A stretch of DNA of 64,000 bases from Candidatus Eiseniibacteriota bacterium. GTDB lineage: Bacteria; Eisenbacteria; RBG-16-71-46; CAVPCR01. A program made the position numbers and the translations under genes. Below are positions 38,335 to 52,711 of the stretch, piece by piece; position 1 is the stretch's first letter, and each line of letters starts with the position of its first letter. Under the pieces are notes generated by a model, which saw only the letters and a list, made by a program, of their open reading frames with translations, ran no database searches and was not told where the DNA came from. The DNA is taken from assembly GCA_963702435.1 (NCBI GenBank), contig CAVPCR010000001.1:384001-448000 (forward strand). The letters run 5' to 3'.

Positions 38335-39233
38335 GGCGCCACCGCCGCTGCCGGGTCGAGGGCGCGCTCAAGCGCGTCCCAGTCCACCTCGGCGCCGAGG
38401 AACACCGGTCCCTCCTTGCACACGGTGGCGTAGCGCGCGTTCCCGTCGCGCGGCCACGGCCCGGCCGCGGTCGCCCGCCGCGGGATCACGCAGCCGCGAC
38501 AGATCCCGATCGCGCAGCCCATCGGGCTCTCGACCGCGACCTGCGCCTCGACGCCGCAGGCGGCCGCCGTCTCCGCCACGCGCCGGAGCATGATCTCGGG
38601 CCCGCAGGCGAGGACGCGCGTCGTGGCCGCGCTGCCCGCGTGTTCGAGCCGGGCGAGCTCGGCGGCGAGGAGATCGATCACGGTGCCCTTCTCGCCGGCT
38701 GATCCGTCATCGGTCGCCAGGCGATGGTCGAGGCCCGAGAGCCGCGCGAGCTCCCACAGGTACTCGCGGCTCCGCGCGCCGAAAAGGAAGGTGACCTCGC
38801 GCCCGCGAGCCGCCCCGCTCTCGAGGAGGCGATAGAGCGGCGCGGCGCCGCGACCGCCGGCGACGAGGACCAGGGGCCCTCCGGCGCCGAGCACGTAGCC
38901 GTTCCCGAGCGGCCCGAGGATCTCGACGTGATCGCCGGGGACGAGCGCCGCGATGCGTTCGGTGCCGAGGCCGACGACCGCGTAGAGGACCTCGAGCGTC
39001 GCTCCGCTCGCCGCCGGCGCGAAGCCGAGCACGCTGAACGGGCGGCGGAGGAGCGGGAACTCGCCGAGCCGGAGATGCACGAACTGCCCGGCCGCCGGGA
39101 CCGGGAAGGAGGGAGCGGCCGGCAGCGCGAGACGGAGGATCGCTCCGCCCGGCATCACCGGGCGATTCATGAGCACCTCGGCGCGCACGCTCACGGCGCG
39201 GGGTCGCGAATCGATCGGCATCTTGCGGTGCAC
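38331..39233 (-). CDS. pyrK: Dihydroorotate dehydrogenase electron-transfer subunit
   Basis: GQFV, RRPFS, GPLGNG, ACGPE, MGCAIGICRGC...VCKEGPVF (2Fe-2S ligands). Confidence 0.92.
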   Translation of the reverse strand: MHRKMPIDSRPRAVSVRAEVLMNRPVMPGGAILRLALPAAPSFPVPAAGQFVHLRLGEFPLLRRPFSVLGFAPAASGATLEVLYAVVGLGTERIAALVPGDHVEILGPLGNGYVLGAGGPLVLVAGGRGAAPLYRLLESGAARGREVTFLFGARSREYLWELARLSGLDHRLATDDGSAGEKGTVIDLLAAELARLEHAGSAATTRVLACGPEIMLRRVAETAAACGVEAQVAVESPMGCAIGICRGCVIPRRATAAGPWPRDGNARYATVCKEGPVFLGAEVDWDALERALDPAAAVAP

Positions 39234-39234
39234 C

Positions 39235-41084
39235 TCATTCCGGTGGGGCCAGGGAACTGCGGGCCGTGTCGGGCGGCGCCGACTCCGGTGGTCGCGGGAC
39301 CGGCGCCATCGCCTCCGGCGGCGGCGTTCCCGGCGGCGGTGTTCCCGGCGGCGGCGCGCTCCCGGGCGGCGGTGTTCCCGGCGGCGGCGTGCTCCCGGGC
39401 GGCGTGAACACCCCCGGGGGCATGGCGGGCGGCGCGGGCCGGAGCGTATCCGATCCGGCGGCGGCGAGCGAATCGGCCCGGCCCGGCCCGGCCGGCACGC
39501 CGGTTCGCCCCCCGCCGAGCGAATCGACCCGCCCGGCCGCCAGCGAATCGATGCCGACCGCCGCGCCCAGGGAGTCGATTCCGCCCGCCGCGGCCAGCGA
39601 GTCCATGCGCGCCGCCTCCGCGCGCGCGCGCGACACGTCGGACAGCGAATCGGCCACCGCCCGGATGCGGAGCACCCGTCCCCGGTAGATCGAGAGCGAA
39701 TCGGCGGACAGGCGCCCGCTCCGCACCCCGGCGTCGACGCCGAACTCGGTGTCGGGATAGAGGGCGAACACCCGCTCGTAGCTCGCGTGCGCGGCGACTG
39801 AATCCCCCTTCTCGTGCTCCTGGATCCAGGCCACCGCGTACGCCGCCTTGGGCGCCACCGAGGACTGCGGGTAGTCGCGCTCGACGGCCTCGTAGGCGGC
39901 GATCGCCTCGTCTACCTTGCGCAGGCGGAAGAGCGAGACCTCGGCCAGCATGAGCGCCGCCGTCGCCTTCTTCTCCTCCTCGCCGCCCTCGGCCATCTCG
40001 GTGCGGTACTGGCCGTAGAGGTCGATCGACTGCTTGCGCTCGTCGGCCAGGGTCGCGAACTCCGAGCCCGGCGCGATCTCGCGCACCTTGCCGTAGGATT
40101 CCTTCGCCGCGTCGAGATTCTCGAGGTAGATCTCTTCGGTGAACGCGGTCTGGTACTGCGCCTCGGCGGCGAAGGCCGACGCCGGGAACTCCTTGATCAC
40201 GCGGGCGTACACGGCGAGGGCGTCGGGATGGCGGCCGAGCGCGTTCAGCGCCCGCCCTTGCCGGAGCAGCGTCTGCGGGAGCTCCTGCGGCCCCGGCATC
40301 TCGCGTTCGAGCTGCCCGTAGAGAGCGAGCGCGTCCTCGTTCCGCCCGAGCTGCTCGAGGCTCTCCCCGGCCAGAAGCCTGGCCTCGTAGCGCGTTTTGG
40401 GCACGCTCGAGAGACTCACGGTCGCCTCGAAGTCGGCGAGCGCCGAGTCGGGGATCTCGATCGCGAGGTACGCCTCGCCGCGCGCGCGGTGGATGCGGGC
40501 GAGATCGAGCCCCTTCGTCTCCTTCTCCGCGAGGAGCCCCGTGTAGCCCGCGATCGCGGTCCGGTAGTCGCGGCGCTTGGCCGCGTTCTCGGCGAGGCGG
40601 TACATCACCTCGCCCCGTCGCTTGTACTTGGGATTCTCGACCAGGAGCCGGCTGAGCGTCCCCTGCGCCATCTCCCAGTCGCCGCGCCCGAGCTGGCAGA
40701 GCCCGATCCCGAAGGTCGCGTCCGGGATGAGCTTCGAATCGGGCTGCTTCTCGATCAGCTCGTCGAAGCTGCTCATCGCCTTCTCAAACTCCTCGCGGCG
40801 CAGGTAGGCCTGGCCGATCAGGAGGCGCGCGTCATCCACCCACTTCGACCGCGGGTAGTCGGTGATGACCTTCTGGCTCCGCTCGATCGACTTGGCGTAG
40901 AGGTCGAGCATGCCGGGAGCCGCGTGCTCCTGCCCGCTCGCCTGGTACTGCTCCTCGGCGTCGCGGAAGTAGGAGCGGGCGGTGTGAAAGGTGTTGTAGT
41001 AGGCGCAGGAGAGGCCGGCCGCGAGGACGGCGATGAAGACGCCGAGGCGCCCGCCCGCTCCGGCCCTCTCTCGCAGCGAGCCCC

Positions 41085-41088
<4 letters not shown>
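39235..41088 (-). CDS. TPR-repeat lipoprotein (BamD/YfiO-like N-terminus) with DSL-repeat and Pro-rich C-terminal tail
   Basis: LAAGLSC lipobox followed by AYYNTF; multiple TPR motifs; ATG 41088 overlaps the carB stop. Confidence 0.8.
39314..39420 (-). repeat. Tandem PPPG(T/S) coding repeat
   Basis: Repeated CCCGGCGGCGG(C/T)GTT units on the plus strand. Confidence 0.8.
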
Positions 41089-44296
<3,208 letters not shown>

Positions 44297-44318
<22 letters not shown>

Positions 44319-45508
44319 GGCACTCCGGCGGCGGTGGTGGGAACCGCGGCGACATCGGCAAGGAACCGCTCGAAGATGGGGCTCGCATCGTGCGGGCCCG
44401 GGCGCGCCTCGGGATGGAACTGGACAGCGCGGACGCGGAGCGCGCGCTCGCGAAACCCCTCGAGCGTCGAGTCGAAGAGGCTCCGGTGCGTCACCTCGAT
44501 CTCGCGCCCGCCGCGCGGAACGACCGTGAAGCCGTGGTTATGGCTCGTCACGAGCACCCGCCCGCTCTCGAGATCGAGCACCGGATGGTTGGCGCCGCGA
44601 TGCCCGAAGTGGAGCTTCTCGATCCCGAGCCCGAGCGCGAGCGCGAGGAGCTGGTGCCCGAGGCAGATGCCGAAGAGCGGCGTCCGGCCGAGGAGAGCGC
44701 ACGCGAGCGCGATCCCGGGCCGGACCGCTTCCGGATCGCCGGGGCCGTTGGCGAGAACGACCCCGTCCGGGCGGAGGGCGAGGAGGTCGGCGGCCGGCGT
44801 CGTCGCCGGCATGACCACCACGCGCGCGCCGCGCGCGGCGAGCGCCGCCGGGATGCCGGCCTTGGCGCCGAAGTCGAGGACGAGGAGCCGCGGGCCGGCG
44901 CCGCCCGCGAACGGATCCCCGGCGGGGACGGGCTCAGAGCGGCCGCCCGCGAGGACGCGCTCGGGGGCGGCGCGGCTCACCGCGGTCGCGAGGTCGACGC
45001 CGATGAGGCCGGGCGCCGCAGAGGCCAGGGCGGCGAGCTCCTGGTCGCCGCGCCGCGCGCGCTCGTCGGTCACGAGCGCGGCGCGCATCGCCCCGCGCGT
45101 CCGCAGGTGGCGGGTGAGGGCGCGGGTGTCCAGGTCCTCGGCGGCCGGGATCCCGTGCCGGAGGAGGAAATCGAGGAAGCTCTCCTCGGCGCGATGATTG
45201 GTGGTGTACCGCGAAAAACGGCGGACGACGAGACCGCGGGCGCGCGGGATCGCCGCTTCCGAATCGGTCGCGTTGGCGCCGGCGTTCCCGATGAGCGGGA
45301 AGGTCATGAGAATGATCTGGCCGGCATAGGAGGGATCGGTCACCACCTCCTGGTAGCCGGTCATCGCGGTGCAGAAGGCGGCCTCCCCGACGGCGAGGCC
45401 GCGCGCGCCGGCGGCGCGCCCGCGGAAGACGCGACCGTCCTCGAGCGCGAGGGCGGCCGGGCCGCTCTCCGCGACGCCGTGCCGGCGCTCGAACTCAGGT
45501 CCCATCAA
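44297..45508 (-). CDS. carA: Carbamoyl-phosphate synthase small subunit
   Basis: [32 protein letters not shown] motifs. Confidence 0.97.
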
Positions 45509-46819
45509 CGCACCCCGGCCGTCGCCCGGGCGTAGACCTGCCGCCCGCCGACGATCGTGGCCGCCACCTCGCCGCGAAGCCGGAAGCCCGCGAACGGGGT
45601 GTTCTGCCCCTTCGAGCGGAAGCGTTTCGGGTCCACCTGCCAGCGGGCTTCGGGATCGACGAGCGCGAGATCGGCCGGCGCCCCCGCGGCGAGCACCCCG
45701 CCGGCGAGGCCGAGGATCCGGCGCGGCGCGAGGCTCATCGCCCGGACGAGCCCCGGCAGGTCCACGACCCCCTTGTCCACGAGCTCGGTCAGCATGAGCG
45801 AGAAGGCGGTCTCGAGACCGACCACCCCGAACGGCGCCTGGTCGAACTCGAGCTCCTTCTCGTGATCGGTGTGCGGAGCGTGGTCGCTCGCGATCGCGTC
45901 GATCGTCCCGTCCCGGAGCCCGGCGCGGAGCGCCAGGACGTCGGCCGCGGTGCGGAGCGGGGGGTTCATCTTGGTGTTCGGATCGTAGCGCCGCACCGCC
46001 TCGTCGGTGAGCACGAGGTGATGGGGCGTCACCTCGGCGGTCACCCGCACGCCGCGCACCTTCGCCTGGCGCACGAGCTCGACGCCGCCGCGGGTCGAGA
46101 GATGCGCGATGTGCACGTGGGCGCCGGTCATCTCGGCGAGCAGGATGTCGCGCGCGATCATGACATCCTCGGCCGCCGACGGGATTCCGCGGAGGCCGAG
46201 CTCGGTCGCCACCCGGCCTTCGTTCATGACGCCGTTCGCCGCGAGGTCCCGGTCCTCGCAGTGATCGATGATCGGCGCTCCCACCATCTTCCCGTACTCG
46301 AGGGCGCGGCGCATGAGCTCGGCGTTCCTGACCGGGGCGCCGTCATCGGAGAAGGCGACCGCCCCGGCGGCGCGGAGATCCGCCATCTCGGTCAGCTGCT
46401 CCCCGGCGCGATCCTGGGTCACCGCGGCGATCACGTGCACGCGGGCGAGCCCGGCCGCGCGGGCCCGCTCGCGCACGAAGCGGACGCGCGACTGGTCGTC
46501 GAGCGCGGGACGCGTGTTCGGCATGCAGGCGACGTCGGTGAAGCCGCCGGCGACCGCCGCCGCCACCCCGCTCGCCACCGTCTCCTTGTCCTCCTCTCCG
46601 GGCTCGCGGAGGTGCACGTGCATGTCGCAGAGACCGGGAAGGACGAGGAGGCCCGCGGCATCGAGGACCGTGGCCCCGGGAGCGCCGGCGAGCCCGGTGC
46701 CGATCGCCGCGATCGTGTCACCGGCGATCGCGACGTCGGCCACGCGATCGACGCCGTTCCCGTCCACGAGCCGGCCGCCGCGGACGAGGAGGGTTACCGG
46801 CTGCGCCGTGGCCATCTGC

Positions 46820-46827
<8 letters not shown>
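45505..46827 (-). CDS. pyrC: Dihydroorotase
   Basis: [27 protein letters not shown] motifs. Confidence 0.96.
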
Positions 46828-48752
<1,925 letters not shown>

Positions 48753-48782
48753 GAAGAATGCGGTGGAGGTGCCCCGGGGGGG

Positions 48783-48833
48783 GCGCGGGTCGCCCGGGAG
48801 TGCGCGGGTCGCCCGGGAGTGCGCGGGTCGCGG
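48783..48833. repeat. 19-nt tandem repeat GCGCGGGTCGCCCGGGAGT, about 2.5 copies
   Basis: Seen directly. Confidence 0.75.
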
Positions 48834-48834
48834 G

Positions 48835-49398
48835 TCAGCGCGGGGCGTCGAACCGGCGCTTCACGCGCCCCCAGGTCGTCGCGTCCACGGCCAGCGGCAC
48901 CGCGGCGATCGACCCGTCCCGCCCGGTGGCGGGGAGCTGGATCGCGGGGGTCCGCTCGAGGAGGATCGAGCGGAAGGCGAGCGGCGAGGTGCCCGCCGCG
49001 ATCAGGTCCACGTCGAAGGTGCAGAGCGTTCCCGAGCCCACGAAGCCCGTCGGGTCCGGGGTCGAGAAGGCGATACGGAAGACGCCTTCGGCCGGGATCG
49101 AGGCGCCCCAGATCCCGGGCAGCGACTGGCCGAAGGGCCCGCGCGCGAGCGTGAGCGGGAGCGGGGTCACGATGGCCGGGTCGAAGCCGATGTCGATCGT
49201 CCCCGCCTGCATGCTGTCGGCCCCGGCGATGTCGAGGGCGACGCGAAGACGACCCGTGACGAATCCGTTCAGGTCGGGAAGCGAGAGCTCCGCGGGCGGA
49301 TCCTCTGCCCGGGCCGGGGCGGCGGCGCCGAGGCCGAGCCCAAGGGCGAGCACGGTGAGCAAGGCGGCGTGCCGCAGCATCGAGGACGAGAGACTCAT
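48835..49398 (-). CDS. Secreted cohesin-like beta-sandwich protein with C-terminal TWGRVK motif
   Basis: Signal peptide (…APARA); IDIGFDPAIV...GSGTLCTFDV cohesin-like pattern; ends VDATTWGRVKRRFDAPR. Confidence 0.65.
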   Translation of the reverse strand: MSLSSSMLRHAALLTVLALGLGLGAAAPARAEDPPAELSLPDLNGFVTGRLRVALDIAGADSMQAGTIDIGFDPAIVTPLPLTLARGPFGQSLPGIWGASIPAEGVFRIAFSTPDPTGFVGSGTLCTFDVDLIAAGTSPLAFRSILLERTPAIQLPATGRDGSIAAVPLAVDATTWGRVKRRFDAPR

Positions 49399-50615
49399 CG
49401 TGTCGATTGTAGCAGATTCGCCGCCGCGCCGGCAGGCTCCGGGGCGCCGCCGGCGAGGCGCGCGTAGAGATCCACCGTGGCGGCGATCGCCCGCTCCATC
49501 GAGAACTCCTCGGCGACGACGCGCCGGCCCGCCTGCCCCATCGACCGCCGCCGGGCCGGGTCATCGAGGAGACTCGCGATCGCCGCGGCGAGCGCCGCCG
49601 CATCGCGCGGGGGCACGAGGAGTCCGGTCTCGCCCTCGCGCACGACCTCCGGGATGCCGCCGACCCGGCTCGCCACGGCGGGGAGCCCGACCGCCATCGC
49701 CTCGAGGATCACGTACCCGAGCGCCTCGTCCCACACCGAGGGACAGACGAAGAGATCGGATGCGGCGAGGAGCGCGTGCACGTCATCGCGCTTCCCGAGG
49801 AGGCGCACGCGGCCCGCGAGCCCGAGCCGGTCGATCTGCGCGGCGAGCGCATCCCGCCGGTCGCCGTCCCCGGCCACGAGCACGGTGAGTCCGGGGCGCG
49901 CGCGGAGGAGATCCGCGGCGTCGATCAGGTAGTTCAAGCCCTTGAAGTCGATGAGCTGCCCGACCGAGGTCACGACCTCGCCGTCGGGCGGGATCGCGAG
50001 CCGGGCGCGGATCGCGCTCGCGGGCTCCTCGACCGGGTGGAACCGGGAGAGATCCACGCCGTTGTAGAGCACGTCGACGAGTGACGCGGGCACGTGGTCC
50101 GAGACGACGAGGCGCCGGCGTACGTAGTCGGACACCGCGAGGATCCTGGCGACGGCGCCGAGACACACGCCGTTGCGGAGCCGCGCCGCGACGTCGCGCG
50201 GGAGCGAGCGCGCGGCGAAGGGCAGCGAGATGTGCTCGGTCGCGATCACGTTCCGCGCCCCGCCGGCGCGGAGCGCGAGCGGCAGGAGCGAGAAGATGAC
50301 GCAGAAGTGGAGATGCACGACGTCGGGCGTGAGCGTGCGCGCGAGTCGCCGCAGGAGACGCGCCATGGCCAGGTCGCGCGCCATCCCGCTCGGCCACGCG
50401 TTCCGGGCCGCGAATTCGGGCTGCGCCGAGAGGACAAGGATCTCCGCGCCCGCCGCCCGGAGCTCTGCTTCGAGCCAGCGCGGCGGCGGCCCCCAGAAGG
50501 CCTGGACGCTCCGCCACCCGCGACCCTCGAGGGCCGCGGCGAGCCGCACCGTGTAGTTCTCGAACGACCCCCGCTTGTCGGGGGCCACATCCATGACGGC
50601 GAGATGGGTCGGCAC
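49395..50615 (-). CDS. Glycosyltransferase family 4
   Basis: YNGVD, KGLNYLIDA, EALGYVILEAMA, SRVGGIPEVV motifs. Confidence 0.92.
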   Translation of the reverse strand: MPTHLAVMDVAPDKRGSFENYTVRLAAALEGRGWRSVQAFWGPPPRWLEAELRAAGAEILVLSAQPEFAARNAWPSGMARDLAMARLLRRLARTLTPDVVHLHFCVIFSLLPLALRAGGARNVIATEHISLPFAARSLPRDVAARLRNGVCLGAVARILAVSDYVRRRLVVSDHVPASLVDVLYNGVDLSRFHPVEEPASAIRARLAIPPDGEVVTSVGQLIDFKGLNYLIDAADLLRARPGLTVLVAGDGDRRDALAAQIDRLGLAGRVRLLGKRDDVHALLAASDLFVCPSVWDEALGYVILEAMAVGLPAVASRVGGIPEVVREGETGLLVPPRDAAALAAAIASLLDDPARRRSMGQAGRRVVAEEFSMERAIAATVDLYARLAGGAPEPAGAAANLLQSTR

Positions 50616-50628
50616 CGCTGGCCCCGCT

Positions 50629-51282
50629 CTACGCCTCGCCGCCGCCGAACTCGGGAGCCCGCGCCCTGACGCGCCGGCGCGAGCGTCCCCCGAGTCCCTG
50701 CCCGACGTGGATCCCGACCCGCGACACGGCGAGGACGAAACCCATGATCATGAGCTCCCAGAACATGGCGTCGAAGTTGTGCTCGCGAATCAGGCTCCGG
50801 AGGAAGTTCGGCTCGCCCGCCGTGCGCTGGATGTCCATGAAGAGCGGGTAGGCGACCACGAAGTAGCGGTCGGTGAGCGGCCACAGGAGCGGGACGCCGT
50901 TCGGCGGCCGCTTGTCGAGCGAGAACATGTCGAGCAGGAGATGCGAGCTGAAGGCGAGCGCCATCCACAGCCCGAAGCGGAGCGGCGCTCGGGCGCGACA
51001 GAGCCAGGCGATGAGAGTCGCGCCGAGCCCGAAGAGGACCGCGGCGCCGAGGCTGTGCGCGGGGCCGTGATGAAAGCGGTCGGCTTCACCGATGAGGATC
51101 CCGGGGATGAAATCGAGATCGGGCGCGTTCGCCGCGAAGACGAGCAGGGCGGCGAAGCCGAGCCCGGCGAGCCGGGAGCGGCCTTTGCGCCGGCGCGCGG
51201 CGTGGCGGCGCCCTGCCGGATGGAGGCGACTGAACCCTTCGATAACGAGGCCGGCGAGTCCGTGTCCAACCGGAGATGGCAT
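50629..51282 (-). CDS. Inner-membrane metal-dependent hydrolase (YdjM-like)
   Basis: MPSPVGH, APDLD, HHGPAHSL, SHLLLD, LLWP motifs. Confidence 0.8.
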   Translation of the reverse strand: MPSPVGHGLAGLVIEGFSRLHPAGRRHAARRRKGRSRLAGLGFAALLVFAANAPDLDFIPGILIGEADRFHHGPAHSLGAAVLFGLGATLIAWLCRARAPLRFGLWMALAFSSHLLLDMFSLDKRPPNGVPLLWPLTDRYFVVAYPLFMDIQRTAGEPNFLRSLIREHNFDAMFWELMIMGFVLAVSRVGIHVGQGLGGRSRRRVRARAPEFGGGEA

Positions 51283-51394
51283 GGGGTCCTTGTGCAGTCC
51301 CTGATGGGATGGGTTTCGGGGTCGGGGGGTGGCCCGGGGTCACCCCCGGAGCGAAGCGTCGCACTCCGCACCGGCGAGACCGAGCCGCTCCTGG

Positions 51395-52456
51395 TTATCG
51401 GCGGCCGGCGGCCGCAGGTTGCGGGAAAACAGCGGCCGGCGGGCGGAGCGTCCGCTGGACGATCGGAGCCAGGCTCCGGAGCTCGTTCATGAGGGTCGCG
51501 AACTGATCGGGGAAGAGCGCCTGCGGCCCGTCCGAGAGGGCGCGATCGGGATCGTTGTGCACCTCGATCATCACGCCGTCGGCCCCGACCGCGATCGCGG
51601 CGCGGGCGAGCGGGGCGACCTTGTGGCGGCGGCCCGTGCCGTGGCTCGGGTCGACGATGATCGGCAGGTGGCTCATGCGCTTGACGGCGGGGACGACCGC
51701 GAGATCGAGCGTGTTGCGCGCGTGATCGGAGAACGTGCGCACACCGCGCTCGCAGAGGACGATGTGCGGGTTCCCCTCGGCCGCGATGTACTCCGCCGCC
51801 ATGAGGAGCTCCTCGACCGTCGCCGCCATGCCGCGCTTCAGGAGCACGGGCTTCCGGGCGCGGCCCGCTCGCTTCAGGAGCGCGAAGTTCTGCATGTTCC
51901 GCGCGCCGATCTGGATCATGTCGGCGGTCTCGGCGACCAGATCGCACGAGCGATCGTCGACGGCCTCGGTGACGACAGGGAGGCCGACCTCGGCGCGCAC
52001 GCGGGCCAGGATCTCGAGGCCTTCGGGGCCGAGACCCTGGAAGCTGTAGGGCGAGGTGCGCGGCTTGTACGCGCCGCCGCGCAGGAGATGCGCGCCGGCC
52101 GCCTTCACCGCGCGCGCCACGGCGAGCGTCTGCTCGAGGCTCTCGACCGCGCACGGGCCGGCGATGACGACCACCTCGGGCCCGCCGATCGTCACCCCGC
52201 CGGCAACGACCAGCGAGTCAGCCCGCCCCACGTCGCGGCCGACGAGCTTCCAGGGATGGGTGATCTGGATGGCCTCGGCGACCCCGGCCATATCCTCGAA
52301 GTGCGCCGGATCGACGGCGGTCGTATTGCCGGTCACGCCGATCGCGGTCGTGACCGCGCCCGGAATCGGGTGGGGGACGAACCCGAGCGCGCGAATGCGG
52401 TCGGTGACCGCCTTGATCTCCCCCGGGGTGGCCCCGGGGCGCATCACCACGATCAT
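51395..52456 (-). CDS. aroF: 3-deoxy-7-phosphoheptulonate (DAHP) synthase, type I-beta with N-terminal regulatory domain
   Basis: [55 protein letters not shown] motifs; start ATG 52456. Confidence 0.95.
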   Translation of the reverse strand: MIVVMRPGATPGEIKAVTDRIRALGFVPHPIPGAVTTAIGVTGNTTAVDPAHFEDMAGVAEAIQITHPWKLVGRDVGRADSLVVAGGVTIGGPEVVVIAGPCAVESLEQTLAVARAVKAAGAHLLRGGAYKPRTSPYSFQGLGPEGLEILARVRAEVGLPVVTEAVDDRSCDLVAETADMIQIGARNMQNFALLKRAGRARKPVLLKRGMAATVEELLMAAEYIAAEGNPHIVLCERGVRTFSDHARNTLDLAVVPAVKRMSHLPIIVDPSHGTGRRHKVAPLARAAIAVGADGVMIEVHNDPDRALSDGPQALFPDQFATLMNELRSLAPIVQRTLRPPAAVFPQPAAAGRR

Positions 52457-52711
52457 CGAGGCAGCGTGGCCCTTTCCTGGAGCGAGCGGATCCTGGGAGC
52501 GAGCGGCAAGCGCCGGCAGCCTCGCCGACGCTTGACCGCTGATCCTAGCACGTCCGTGCGGCGGCTCCGGCGGCCGCCTCCCCCCGATCGCCTCCCGGCC
52601 ATCCCCTGCCCCACGCCACGGCCGCCTCCCCCGCCCGGCCCCGGTGTGGTAGCGTCTCGGCGCCATGGCACGCGCGGCGGCCCCCTCCACCCCCCATTCC
52701 GCGGGCACGTG

